A stretch of 50,224 nt of DNA. Source: Bdellovibrionota bacterium. Its GTDB lineage: Bacteria > Bdellovibrionota_C > UBA2361 > JBIKUX01. The first letter of the stretch is position 1. Each line of letters starts with the position of its first letter. The DNA lies in NCBI GenBank assembly GCA_044347345.1, contig JBIKUX010000020.1:1-50224 (forward strand). The letters run 5' to 3'. The position numbers were made by a program, and so were the translations under genes. The notes under the pieces were generated by a model. That model was not told the DNA's origin and ran no database searches. It saw only the letters and a list, made by a program, of their open reading frames with translations. This document shows, in pieces, positions 8,857-18,972 of the stretch.

Positions 8857-10476
8857 TTAGCTCTGTTGCCACTCAAGCGGATTATGTCGGCCAGCCAAAC
8901 TACTTATCGGAAAACGCTCAACTCTAGCTACTCCATCATTACGTGCAGCTTTCTGAACCGCAGCGGCTACTCGCTCTGTAACTGCAACATCTAGGCTATC
9001 TGGTATAATATATTCTTCGTGTAAATCAGCTGGTAATACTGAATCAGCTATCGCTTTAGCGGCAGCGTGCTTCATTGCCGGAGTAATATCCCGAGCGAAA
9101 CAATCCAACGCTCCACGAAATATCCCAGGGAAACATAGAACATTATTAATCTGATTAGCATAATCTGAGCGACCCGTCGCAATTATGCGAGCAATACCCC
9201 TAATCGCACTGGGTAAAATCTCAGGTATAGGATTAGCCAATGCAAAAACTACCGGATCTCTATTCATAGAGCGCACGTCTTCTGCTGTAACGGTGCCCGG
9301 TTGAGAAACACCAATAAATACATCCGCTCCTCTTAAAGCGTCGCTTAATGCTCCCTTAATATTATCAGGATTAGTATTTTGAATAACTTCTTCTTTTACT
9401 GCGTTCATTCCCTTGGTTCGCCCACGATATACAACACCTAGACTATCACATGGGATTATATTTTTAACGCCAACCTCAAGTAAGATGCGCGTGATTGCTA
9501 CTCCTCCAGCACCAAAACCAGATAATACTACTTTAAGCTCTTCAAGTTTTTTTCCTACTATTTTGAGGGCATTGTATAAACCTGCTAACACTACAACCGC
9601 CGTACCATGCTGATCATCGTGGAACACGGGAATGTCTAACAATTTAGATAATCTGTTTTCAATTTCAAAACAGCGAGGAGCTGAAATATCTTCAAGGTTA
9701 ATCCCACCAAACCCCGGACTAATTCGGACAACTGTGTCGACAATTTCGTCTACATCTTGAGTGGTCAAGCATATTGGATATGCATCGACTCCAGCAAATT
9801 GTTTAAACAAGACCGCTTTTCCCTCCATTACTGGCAGGGCGGCCGATGGACCAATATTGCCTAATCCTAATACGGCACTACCATCAGATATTACTGCTAC
9901 AGCATTACGTTTAATGGTATGAGTAAAAACACGATCCGGTTCATCGGCGATTGCTCTACAAATTCGAGCGACACCTGGTGTATAAGCCCTAGCTAAATCG
10001 TCACGAGTTGCCAACTTTTCTCTTGGCTGAACAAAAAGCTTACCTCCAGCGTGAATAGCAAAAGTATCATCCTGCCAACCTAATAACTTGACTAAAGCTA
10101 AAGTAGATAAAGAGCGCAAAATAATGTCACGATGCTTCTCGGAGCGACAAAGAAGAGTAACATCGCGGACGGTATGCTCAAAACTCGACGAAAGTAATGT
10201 GACTTCAGCCAACGAAGCTCCCTGCTCAGCCAAAAAATTTACTACTGAAGCAAATCCACCTGGACGGTTCTGAATACGCAACCGAAGAGTTAGAGAGTAT
10301 CCCGCTGATACTATTTCTCCGCTAGTTGCCTCATTAAGCTCTTCTCCTGTTGGCATGGTTGTTACGTCTCCTTGGCGCTCGCCTAAAATATTTTCTTTGT
10401 TGACCTTGGCTATACTACTTAGATCATTTTTATCTGCAAAATTAGCCTGCTTATCTTTTGGCTCGGCACATCCCAT
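8857..10476 (-). CDS. NAD(P)-dependent malic enzyme with N-terminal ACT domain
   Basis: AYTPGVA, DGSAVLGLGNIG, PVMEGKAVLFK, INLEDI, FHDDQHGT, NQINNVLCFPG; ACT-like segment SLTLRLRIQNRPG; AGGAG 5 nt before the ATG at 10476. Confidence 0.93.
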   Translation of the reverse strand: MGCAEPKDKQANFADKNDLSSIAKVNKENILGERQGDVTTMPTGEELNEATSGEIVSAGYSLTLRLRIQNRPGGFASVVNFLAEQGASLAEVTLLSSSFEHTVRDVTLLCRSEKHRDIILRSLSTLALVKLLGWQDDTFAIHAGGKLFVQPREKLATRDDLARAYTPGVARICRAIADEPDRVFTHTIKRNAVAVISDGSAVLGLGNIGPSAALPVMEGKAVLFKQFAGVDAYPICLTTQDVDEIVDTVVRISPGFGGINLEDISAPRCFEIENRLSKLLDIPVFHDDQHGTAVVVLAGLYNALKIVGKKLEELKVVLSGFGAGGVAITRILLEVGVKNIIPCDSLGVVYRGRTKGMNAVKEEVIQNTNPDNIKGALSDALRGADVFIGVSQPGTVTAEDVRSMNRDPVVFALANPIPEILPSAIRGIARIIATGRSDYANQINNVLCFPGIFRGALDCFARDITPAMKHAAAKAIADSVLPADLHEEYIIPDSLDVAVTERVAAAVQKAARNDGVARVERFPISSLAGRHNPLEWQQS

Positions 10477-10505
10477 ACTCTCTCCTCATGAGGCAAATTC
10501 ATATT

Positions 10506-12329
10506 CTACAAATCATAATCTACCTGATATAGCAGTACTTTGCCCTCAAGCAAACTTATTTGCTTGTTAGTTTTGTCAACATCTGCTTGATAACTATACT
10601 TTGATTGCCCCTCTAGGCTTAATGGAAGGGGTAAGAGACTGATTCTAATCTTAGACTGAGCTCCAATCCACTGATTAAAATCTTGCTCATTACGATTTCT
10701 GAGCAAAATAACGCTTTTTTTCGACTTATCTTGAGTTACTTTCTGCTCTTCAAGTCGGTCAATACGACGCTTAAGATAAAAACTTACCCCATAAAATTCA
10801 TGCATAAAAGATTTAATAGTCACATCGGGTGTAATTATAGCTTGCACAACTTGTGCAATTCTTTTTTCCGAGGCCAAATAACCTACACCCGGCCAAAGTA
10901 TGACGAGTGCTTCTAAAAAGATACCTCCCAATAATCCAACAAAAACTTTTACCACTAACCTCGGAGATTCAGCGTTAAAGTCGGCTCTTTTAATAAATAG
11001 CCCCACAATCACCAGCAATGTACTAACAACTACTAAACCAACAATATGAGGATACCCTCGGTATACCAACGCTCCGTAGGCAAATTCTCTCATAACTCCC
11101 CACGGAATAAGAAAACATAAGGAGACAAGTAATGGTATACCAAGTAATACTGGATAAACTCTCCTACTAAACCAGCAAAGACAGTTAATAATATCTCGTG
11201 CTTTATTTACATTGTGTGAGCTTGCAGGAAGAGTTGCTGCCAATAAAATAGCCCAAAACGGATATGAGCTTAGAAGATAAACTGGTCGCTTGCTCTGTGG
11301 AATCGAATAAAAAAGAGTCACGATACATACTGTAATTAAGGAAAAACGCAAAAGTGGTTGCGCGGTAAAACAAATCGAATTCCACGCGTTTCGACACTCG
11401 TTCCAATTAAAAATCTTTCTTAAATTAAACGAAAAAAAATCAGATAAAGAAAAATTCCAGCATGGAAGAAGAAAAATAGGCAAAGCTCCAGCTATAAGTG
11501 TTCCTAAAAGATAAAGGACTGAATGAGAGTGAGGATCTCCATCCATTGAGCCATTAAAACGTCCAAAATTTTCAGCAATAACTTTAGCCAAAAATTGGTC
11601 AGAACCTTGCCAATAAGCGGCAAGATACCACAGAGCCGGAATAGCTATTGCTGGGCCAAAGTACCAGACAAACTTTTTAATAAGGCTAAGCATGGAGCGT
11701 CTCTCTATAGCCCACCAAAATAAAAGAACGAGCGCTGGCAGGACTACTCCCACGGGTCCTTTACTTAAGACTGCAATACTGAATAGGGCCGGAATACTCC
11801 AAGTCCATCCGACTCTAAGTATATTTTCTCCATGAAGAAAAGCGAGCAGTAAACCAGCAGACAAAGCCGTAGAATGAATCATGTCCACACGAGCAGCCAC
11901 AGCATGACGAGCCCATTCAGGAGACATAGCTAAAGCTAAAATCGCTGCTAATGCCTGTAGTGGCGGTCTAAAACGCAAAAGGAAAAGTCCGTAGCCACCA
12001 AGAAACAAAGCTGATGCTGTTATGGAAGGAAGACGCACAGTAAGTTCAGTCACCGCTCCCACTAAACTGCTAAACAATACTATACACCAGTGCAAAAATG
12101 GTGGCTTAGACGGTATGTCTCCACCATATCCCTCCGGAAGAATCAAGTCTCCTGTTTGCCACATGGAGAGAGCAACAAGTGCCTCTCTTCCTTCACCTCT
12201 AGTATGAAAATCAGTAAGCCCAAGCCAAGGTACAGTACATAACAGATACCATGTAATTAGATAAAAAATATCTTTCTTGGTTAAACCAGATTCTGCCGTT
12301 GCCTTTAATGTGCTAACTTTATAAATCAT
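10506..12329 (-). CDS. ArnT/PMT-like (GT-C) membrane glycosyltransferase
   Basis: GEGREA, SKPPFLHW, VRLPS, ARVDM, LSKGPVG, SKRPVYLL; many TM helices. Confidence 0.85.
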   Translation of the reverse strand: MIYKVSTLKATAESGLTKKDIFYLITWYLLCTVPWLGLTDFHTRGEGREALVALSMWQTGDLILPEGYGGDIPSKPPFLHWCIVLFSSLVGAVTELTVRLPSITASALFLGGYGLFLLRFRPPLQALAAILALAMSPEWARHAVAARVDMIHSTALSAGLLLAFLHGENILRVGWTWSIPALFSIAVLSKGPVGVVLPALVLLFWWAIERRSMLSLIKKFVWYFGPAIAIPALWYLAAYWQGSDQFLAKVIAENFGRFNGSMDGDPHSHSVLYLLGTLIAGALPIFLLPCWNFSLSDFFSFNLRKIFNWNECRNAWNSICFTAQPLLRFSLITVCIVTLFYSIPQSKRPVYLLSSYPFWAILLAATLPASSHNVNKARDIINCLCWFSRRVYPVLLGIPLLVSLCFLIPWGVMREFAYGALVYRGYPHIVGLVVVSTLLVIVGLFIKRADFNAESPRLVVKVFVGLLGGIFLEALVILWPGVGYLASEKRIAQVVQAIITPDVTIKSFMHEFYGVSFYLKRRIDRLEEQKVTQDKSKKSVILLRNRNEQDFNQWIGAQSKIRISLLPLPLSLEGQSKYSYQADVDKTNKQISLLEGKVLLYQVDYDL

Positions 12330-13251
12330 GAGAAATTGCAGGTTAAAAGAATTTGAAGATCAGTGGTGGTTTCCAGCTATTATTCGGACTTTTATGACCG
12401 ACTATATTCGAGCCGCACTTGAAATTTGGAAACCATATCATCCGATATTTAAAAAGCTAGATAATTTTCTGGCTGTTAACAAGCAGACACAAATCATTGA
12501 TCTGTGCTCAGGTTCAGGAGGCCCAATATTAGCTTTTACAGCACAAACTAACTCTAGGGTTAGGCAAGTGTTTTTATCTGATAAATTTCCTCCTTCTAAC
12601 TCAATTAACTATTTAACCCATACTAAAGATCCCCCCCAAAAAAAATCCGCCCGATACTTTCGAGCAAAACGTGAATCACCATTTAAATCCATTATTTCAG
12701 AAAAAAATGATATCTTAGCAAATAAAACTGCGCTGCAAAGCTCAGTAAGTTATCTTCCACAACCAGTCGATATCTTGAGATATCAACCCTCCAGTATGTT
12801 AACCTCCGACATTTCTTTTAACATACCATTTGGGACACGAACTATGTTTACAGCTCTTCATCATTTTTCGGCACCACAGGTTTACCGACTTTTTCGTAAC
12901 ATAGCTTTGAAAGATCGTATGCCATTAGCATCTTTTGAGGTCACCAGTAAACACCCAATATCTTTTTTGATGATAGCAATTACCCCTGTATTAGTTTTTT
13001 TCTTAACCCCTCTTCTACTTTGGCGATACAAAGAGCGCAGAATAAGCCGTTTTATACTTACTTACTGTTTACCAGTAGTACCGCTTTTTGTAACTCTTGA
13101 TGGTTTAATTTCCTGCATGAACTCCCACTCAAACAACTCGCTTAAAAAATTAACTAGTAGGATTCCAGAATATGATTGGACTATTGGTGTTGAAAGAGGT
13201 GCTTGGTTGCTACCAATACAATATATTTTCGGATCACCCCGCCAAGTGTAA
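12328..13251 (+). CDS. Class I SAM-dependent methyltransferase-like membrane-associated protein
   Basis: EFEDQWWFP N-terminus, IIDLCSGSGGP motif I, RTMFTALHHF, hydrophobic hairpin, DGLISC. Confidence 0.75.
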   Translation: MRNCRLKEFEDQWWFPAIIRTFMTDYIRAALEIWKPYHPIFKKLDNFLAVNKQTQIIDLCSGSGGPILAFTAQTNSRVRQVFLSDKFPPSNSINYLTHTKDPPQKKSARYFRAKRESPFKSIISEKNDILANKTALQSSVSYLPQPVDILRYQPSSMLTSDISFNIPFGTRTMFTALHHFSAPQVYRLFRNIALKDRMPLASFEVTSKHPISFLMIAITPVLVFFLTPLLLWRYKERRISRFILTYCLPVVPLFVTLDGLISCMNSHSNNSLKKLTSRIPEYDWTIGVERGAWLLPIQYIFGSPRQV

Positions 13252-13293
13252 TCTTGACCGCTGTTAATTTAACAAGTACTGATAGCCCCAGAT

Positions 13294-14145
13294 ATGATCA
13301 ATAGCTTAATATCTAGCTCTCCAGCAAACAGATACGATGTCTTTCGCGCAGGCAGTAAGACATACTTTTACAGTAGCATATTTTTCCCACGCCATATTCG
13401 AGACTTGGTTGCGATACTATACCGATTTGTAAGAGTCGCTGATAATTTTGTAGATTCATCACCTCAAGATGCAGAGGGGTTTCATTTATTTAGAGGAAAT
13501 TTTACAAGTGCTTGGAATGGCATACTCACAGGCAACCCGACCATAGATGATTTTGTTCTATTAGCTAAAAACAAAGGTTTTGAACTCGCTTGGATTGAAA
13601 GTTTTCTTGATGCAATGGAGCAAGACTTAACAGTAACCAGATATCATAGCCTCTCCGATACCATTAAGTACATGTACGGCTCAGCAGAAGTAATAGGACT
13701 CATGATGAGTCGTCTGTTTCAAGTTCCAGACATCGCATTACCTTACGCTCAGCTACTTGGAAGATCCATGCAATATATAAATTTTATAAGAGACATCGAT
13801 GAAGATCTTCAACTTGGGCGAATCTATCTACCACAAGAAGAAATAACAGAATGTGGCCTCACGACATTAAGTAAAACATCAGCGAATAAACATCCAGAGG
13901 AATTTGGTATTTTTATTAGACGGCAAATTAGCCAATACTTAGCATGGCATGAAGAATCGATAGAGGGCTTCTTTTATTTGCCAACTAGTTCCATTCGCGC
14001 CGTAGCTACAGCTACGGCTATGTATAAGTGGACTGCTAATCAGATTGCTAAAAATCCACTAATTGTGTTTTCTAAAAAGGTCAAGCCCTCGAAAAGTCAC
14101 ATAATAATGTGGGGTCTTTTTTCAGGGAAGAAAAACTCACCCTAA
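13294..14145 (+). CDS. crtB: Phytoene synthase (squalene/phytoene synthase family)
   Basis: GSKTYFYSSIFFP, LYRFVRVADNFVD, YMYGSAEVIGLMM, QYINFIRDIDEDLQLGRIYLP. Confidence 0.9.
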   Translation: MINSLISSSPANRYDVFRAGSKTYFYSSIFFPRHIRDLVAILYRFVRVADNFVDSSPQDAEGFHLFRGNFTSAWNGILTGNPTIDDFVLLAKNKGFELAWIESFLDAMEQDLTVTRYHSLSDTIKYMYGSAEVIGLMMSRLFQVPDIALPYAQLLGRSMQYINFIRDIDEDLQLGRIYLPQEEITECGLTTLSKTSANKHPEEFGIFIRRQISQYLAWHEESIEGFFYLPTSSIRAVATATAMYKWTANQIAKNPLIVFSKKVKPSKSHIIMWGLFSGKKNSP

Positions 14146-14160
14146 ATGCATTGAAATATT

Positions 14161-14760
14161 TTGCCACACTCATCCATGATTCAATTAAGTAAATATCAAA
14201 TCTTTTTTTTCGTTGGTTACTTAAACTTTATACCTTGTCACCAAGCATTAACGGAAGATGCTCGCCCATCGCTTAACATTCAAGCATTCCACCAGCAACT
14301 TAAGGAAAAAGACTTAGATATTATTCGAACCTTATTTTTTAAGGCAGCGAACAACAGTGGTGATGACGAAAGCATTTCTCAAGGCAGGGAAAAAGCTGAA
14401 CAATTTTTACTGAGCTATCCAAAAGACAATACAATTCTTGGCTACTTAGCTGGATTCCGTATCCTAGATGGAAGGAAAGCTTTTTGGCCGCTTTCAAAAA
14501 AAGAAGCAATAGATGCTGGATTAGCTCAATTTGATCAGATTCTCCTAAATGATCCCAACAATGTGGAGGTACGATTTTTAAGAGGAGGATTAAGTTTCCA
14601 TCTTCCTTTCTTCTTTGCTCGACACAAATTAGCCGTAGCTGACCTAAAATCTTGTAACCTCGCTATTACAAATGCTCCAAAAGGTGCTTTTTCTGAGGTG
14701 TTTTTGGTAAATGCATCCCATATATTTAACGAGACAGGAGTTTTGCTAAAAGATAACTAA
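14161..14760 (+). CDS. Hypothetical TPR-like helical protein within carotenoid cluster
   Basis: AFWPLSK...DPNNVEVRFLRG...LPFFF pattern; its stop overlaps the desaturase ATG. Confidence 0.6.
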   Translation: MPHSSMIQLSKYQIFFFVGYLNFIPCHQALTEDARPSLNIQAFHQQLKEKDLDIIRTLFFKAANNSGDDESISQGREKAEQFLLSYPKDNTILGYLAGFRILDGRKAFWPLSKKEAIDAGLAQFDQILLNDPNNVEVRFLRGGLSFHLPFFFARHKLAVADLKSCNLAITNAPKGAFSEVFLVNASHIFNETGVLLKDN

Positions 14761-16298
14761 TGAAAAAAAGATTTAACGGAAGGCTCAGTCACCATAGCAA
14801 ATGCAATTCTAGCAAGTCTGTCAGTATTATAGGTGGAGGATTAGGAGGAATAAGCTCCGCAATTTATTTAGCAAGCGCTGGCTACCAAGTAACTATTTTT
14901 GAAAAAGAGGAACATCTTGGTGGTAAAATGCGATTAATCACCAAAAATGGCTACTCTTTCGGTACTGGTCCAAGCTTACTCACCATGCCTACAGTATTAG
15001 AGGAGCTTTTTTCAGTAGCAAATAAAACTCTATCTAATCATCTATCTCTAACAAAATTGGAACCTATTTGTCGTTACTCATTTGCTAGTGGAGAAACCAT
15101 TGAAACTAGCCATAATTTAGCGAGGCTACAGTCGGAGATAGCAAAAATATCACCTATCGATGCTCAAAAACTTCCAGATTTTCTGAAATATAGCGCCAAA
15201 ATATTTAAGCGAGCCGCCCCAACATTTATGTACCGAAGTATTCACGATCCAACCTCTTTTCTTGATTGGGGTGGTTTACGGCATCTCCCTTTTTTGTATC
15301 AATTGGATCCATTTAGAACCGTCCAACAAGCAATTTGTAGCTATTTTTCTTCGCCTCAGGTACAGCAACTATTTTGTCGCTACGCTACTTACAGTGGATC
15401 CGATCCGTATAAAGCTCCAGCTACCTTAAATATAATTCCACACGTTGAATACTCACTCGGTAGTTTCTATGTTCAGGGAGGTATGTATGAAATAGCTAAA
15501 TCATTGAGTGAATTAGCTCTAGAGCTTGGAGTGACTATTGTTAATAATGCCGAAGTAAATGCAATAAAACATGATAAAGGTGCCATTACCGGTATAATTG
15601 TAAACGGGGATTATCATCAATCTAATATAGTGGTCAGCAATGCAGATGTGGTTTGGACTTTTACTAAATTGCTTGATGGCTTTGCAGATAAAAAAAGTTC
15701 GGTTTTAGCTCAAGAACCATCTTGCTCCGGTTTGGTATTTTTATGGGGCGTATCCAGACAACATCCTCAGCTCGCACACCACAACATTTTCTTTTCGAGT
15801 AATTACCTAGACGAATTTAAAGCGATTTTTGAGGAACAAACTATACCCATTGAACCAACAATTTATGTGAGCTTATCAGTAAAGAACGACCCCTCTCACG
15901 CTCCAATAGGACATGAAAACTGGTTTGTTTTAATTAACATGCCTTATTTATCAGACAAATTTTCATGGAGCTCAGAAAAAATAGCAGCTACTCGCGATAC
16001 TGTTTTTAAAATTTTAGCTTGTCACGGAATTAGAGATATTGAACACTTTATATCTTGTGAAGACACCATAACCCCTGAGGATCTTTTTCGTCTTACCTAT
16101 TCAAATCGGGGAAGTATTTACGGCATTTCTTCAAATTCTCGACACGCTGCTTTTCAGCGTCAAGCCAATCGTGCCCGTGAAGTTCATGGGTTATATTTTG
16201 CAGGAGGCAGTGTTCATCCAGGAGGAGGTATTCCTTTAGTACTTCTTTCAGGAAAGCATGCGGCTTCACTGATAGCTCGGTATCATCCCTTGAGGTAA
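14760..16298 (+). CDS. Phytoene desaturase-family (CrtI/CrtD) FAD oxidoreductase, motifs closest to CrtD 1-hydroxycarotenoid 3,4-desaturase
   Basis: IIGGGLGG dinucleotide-binding motif, TGPSLLTMP, RYATYSGSDPYKAP, HHNIFFS, GSIYGISSN, LYFAGGSVHPGGGIPLVLLSG. Confidence 0.88.
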   Translation: MKKRFNGRLSHHSKCNSSKSVSIIGGGLGGISSAIYLASAGYQVTIFEKEEHLGGKMRLITKNGYSFGTGPSLLTMPTVLEELFSVANKTLSNHLSLTKLEPICRYSFASGETIETSHNLARLQSEIAKISPIDAQKLPDFLKYSAKIFKRAAPTFMYRSIHDPTSFLDWGGLRHLPFLYQLDPFRTVQQAICSYFSSPQVQQLFCRYATYSGSDPYKAPATLNIIPHVEYSLGSFYVQGGMYEIAKSLSELALELGVTIVNNAEVNAIKHDKGAITGIIVNGDYHQSNIVVSNADVVWTFTKLLDGFADKKSSVLAQEPSCSGLVFLWGVSRQHPQLAHHNIFFSSNYLDEFKAIFEEQTIPIEPTIYVSLSVKNDPSHAPIGHENWFVLINMPYLSDKFSWSSEKIAATRDTVFKILACHGIRDIEHFISCEDTITPEDLFRLTYSNRGSIYGISSNSRHAAFQRQANRAREVHGLYFAGGSVHPGGGIPLVLLSGKHAASLIARYHPLR

Positions 16299-16338
16299 AT
16301 AAATCTGGTAATATAAATAAATTTTTTCTCAATTAGAC

Positions 16339-17052
16339 ATGGAGCACACGTTATCATCCAACCGTTATTTGTCGCATCTTTCTCTGCGCTGGTCTCTTAA
16401 TCGTGCGCTTCGTACTTACTTTTTCGGTGTTTATCTCTTTGAGATTCCAGATAGTCCTCACTCATCCGAAAATATTATTATAGCATCAAGCCATTCTTCT
16501 TGGTGGGACGTTCCCCTAACATATTTTCTTAATCAACGCGTTTTTAGTCGTAAGCTCCGCCCGTTACTGCTTGAACCCGACATAAAAAGACATCCAAATA
16601 TGTTAAAAGTTGGTGCTATTCCAGTTGACTCTCTTGACTCAACAGCCCTCACCCAAACTTTGCATTTCTTGACTGAAACTTTAAATAAAGAGGAGTTACT
16701 GTGCCTATCTTTTTTTCCTCAAGGCAATATTTTTCCAGACATTGATGAGTCATACAACTTTAAACAAAGCCTAGCAATGCTTCGACCAAGAAGGCGCACT
16801 TGGATATATCCGCTCTATATTAAGTACGAAGCTGGTCCTCTTAAGCTACCACTAATATACGCTGCTTTTGGACATAAAATATTCTTCGACGATTATCGTT
16901 CTGATCCGCAGTTATTACAAAAAGGTATGATGGAGCTCAGAAAAAGCACGGGGAAGTATATCCTAAAGAGGGATACTCAATGGAACACCTTAAGTGGCTT
17001 TAAACACAAATTAATTATAGATGCTCTTCATTTAACTCAATCAGCCAATTAA
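16339..17052 (+). CDS. Lysophospholipid-acyltransferase family protein (CruD-like carotenoid acyltransferase)
   Basis: HSSWWD (HxxxxD) and FFPQG motifs; located in the crt cluster. Confidence 0.75.
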   Translation: MEHTLSSNRYLSHLSLRWSLNRALRTYFFGVYLFEIPDSPHSSENIIIASSHSSWWDVPLTYFLNQRVFSRKLRPLLLEPDIKRHPNMLKVGAIPVDSLDSTALTQTLHFLTETLNKEELLCLSFFPQGNIFPDIDESYNFKQSLAMLRPRRRTWIYPLYIKYEAGPLKLPLIYAAFGHKIFFDDYRSDPQLLQKGMMELRKSTGKYILKRDTQWNTLSGFKHKLIIDALHLTQSAN

Positions 17053-17139
17053 CAAACAAACTTTTTTAGTGATTAATAAATTTTTGTGAATAAATGAATT
17101 TAATTAGCCAAAAAGTTGGCAAAAAGAGAGTAAGCAAAG

Positions 17140-18318
17140 ATGAGTCTTCTGTGTTTTTTTGTCACCCTCTCTATTTTGATTATGTTTGTAGTACTAGTAA
17201 CAAACGCTTGTACTGCGCCTAGAGCCACTGTTAGAGGGGCTTTCGGCGGATTAACCCTCGATTTCCTACCTTCTAAAAATTTTGTAGCAAACTTACCTTA
17301 CACTTCAACTTTACCGCTAGTGTCGATTTGCATACCGGCTCGAAATGAAATTCGCAATATAGAGCAGTGTATTGAAGCTGCGTTTAACTCAAATTATCCA
17401 AATTTTGAAGTGGTTGTCGCAGATGATTCTTCTACAGATGGAACATTAGAACTGCTTTGTGAGCTAGCCAAAAAATTTCCCTTTCAATTTATTTCAGCGC
17501 CCCCTCTCCCCACTGATTGGTTAGGTAAACCTCATGCTTGCCATGAGCTCAGTAAAATTGCTCAAGGTGATATCCTATTATTTATTGATGCTGATGTATC
17601 TTTAGCTGCAAGTGGAGTTGATTGGTTAGTTAAAACTTTTAAAAAAGAGCAGGTTGGCGTTGTAACTGCTTTTCCATCTCAATTATGTGGATGCTTTGCT
17701 GAAACAATTGCTGTTCCAATGATGGACTTTCTGGTTTACACTCTTGTACCTATAACTACCGCGAACAAATTACAACATCCAGCTCTTACAGCAGCTACCG
17801 GTCAGTTTTTTGCTTTTACTCGCAAAGCTTACGAACAGATAGGCGGACACCTAACGGTAAAATCTGAAATTTTGGAAGATATGGCACTAGCTCGCCATGC
17901 AAAAAAAGTTGGGGTGGCAACTTTACTAGCTAACGGCACTCAGATAGCTACAGCCCGGATGTACCGTTCGACTCAGGAAGTTATTGATGGGTTTGCTAAA
18001 CATTTGTTCGTAGGATTTGGGAGGGCGACGCTACCATATATTTTTATACTATCAATATTTTCTCTTCTATTTATTATACCTTTTGTACTCGCCCCTTTTT
18101 ACTCCATTTGGATAATTCCTCTAATTCTAGGATGGTTTCTCAGATTAGCTCACGCCGCACTATTTCGACATTCTTTACTAACAGCGATTTTTGCTTGGCC
18201 TCTATCGGCGACTACTGTTTTGGTGCTAGGAATCATTTCTTGGTACCGTACTTCCAAGAATAAATTAATTTGGCGAGATAGATCTGTTTCAACGAGGCAA
18301 TATGATCGTATTACGTAA
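17140..18318 (+). CDS. GT2 glycosyltransferase (CruC/CrtQ-like carotenoid glycosyltransferase)
   Basis: SICIPARNE, DDSSTDGT, WLGKPHAC, FIDAD, ILEDMALAR, RMY; C-terminal TM helices. Confidence 0.85.
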   Translation: MSLLCFFVTLSILIMFVVLVTNACTAPRATVRGAFGGLTLDFLPSKNFVANLPYTSTLPLVSICIPARNEIRNIEQCIEAAFNSNYPNFEVVVADDSSTDGTLELLCELAKKFPFQFISAPPLPTDWLGKPHACHELSKIAQGDILLFIDADVSLAASGVDWLVKTFKKEQVGVVTAFPSQLCGCFAETIAVPMMDFLVYTLVPITTANKLQHPALTAATGQFFAFTRKAYEQIGGHLTVKSEILEDMALARHAKKVGVATLLANGTQIATARMYRSTQEVIDGFAKHLFVGFGRATLPYIFILSIFSLLFIIPFVLAPFYSIWIIPLILGWFLRLAHAALFRHSLLTAIFAWPLSATTVLVLGIISWYRTSKNKLIWRDRSVSTRQYDRIT

Positions 18319-18964
18319 AACAGAAACCATCATTATCTTAGTAGTTTGGGGATTTTTCATTATTTCAGGCTTTGCTAATCTTAGCGGAAAACATCAAGAA
18401 GCGGAGCAAATTATTGCTCCCTTATTGCTCATGTTTACCTCTTTTATTCTGTTTCTGCTTGGTCTACAGCGCGCTGCATCAATTGGCTGGTATCTAATTT
18501 GGGCGGTAAGCGTTTGGCTTATTGGTTTTGGTATAGAGGTATTAGGTACAGCAACAACCTTTCCATTTGGAATGTACTACTACGGCAGTGGACTAGGTCC
18601 AAAGATTTTTGATGTTCCTATAGTTATGGGATGTGCATGGCTAAAAATAATACTCCTCGGGGCTAGTATTCTTTATTTTAGGACACAACTAGCTTGGCTC
18701 GGAGCGGGTATCGCTAGTCTCTTTATTGTGTGTTACGACCTTATACTAGAGCCCGCGGCTGAAGTGCTTGAGTATTGGTACTGGATGACCCCATATCCGC
18801 CTATACAAAATTACATAGCTTGGTTTAGTGTGTCTTTTATCCTTCTGCTTCCAGTATTTTACGGACGTTTGTTCACTGCACCTTTTCCACGATGGTGTGT
18901 TCACTTATTTTTTGCTGAACAACTATACTTTTTAATAGTGCTTAGTCCTTATATGTTTAACTAA
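18302..18964 (+). CDS. cruF: Carotenoid 1,2-hydratase (CruF/DUF422 family)
   Basis: EVLGTATTFPFGMYYYGSGLGPKIFDVP, YDLILEP, YWYW, PIQNYIAWF. Confidence 0.85.
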   Translation: MIVLRKTETIIILVVWGFFIISGFANLSGKHQEAEQIIAPLLLMFTSFILFLLGLQRAASIGWYLIWAVSVWLIGFGIEVLGTATTFPFGMYYYGSGLGPKIFDVPIVMGCAWLKIILLGASILYFRTQLAWLGAGIASLFIVCYDLILEPAAEVLEYWYWMTPYPPIQNYIAWFSVSFILLLPVFYGRLFTAPFPRWCVHLFFAEQLYFLIVLSPYMFN

Positions 18965-18972
18965 CTGCACAC

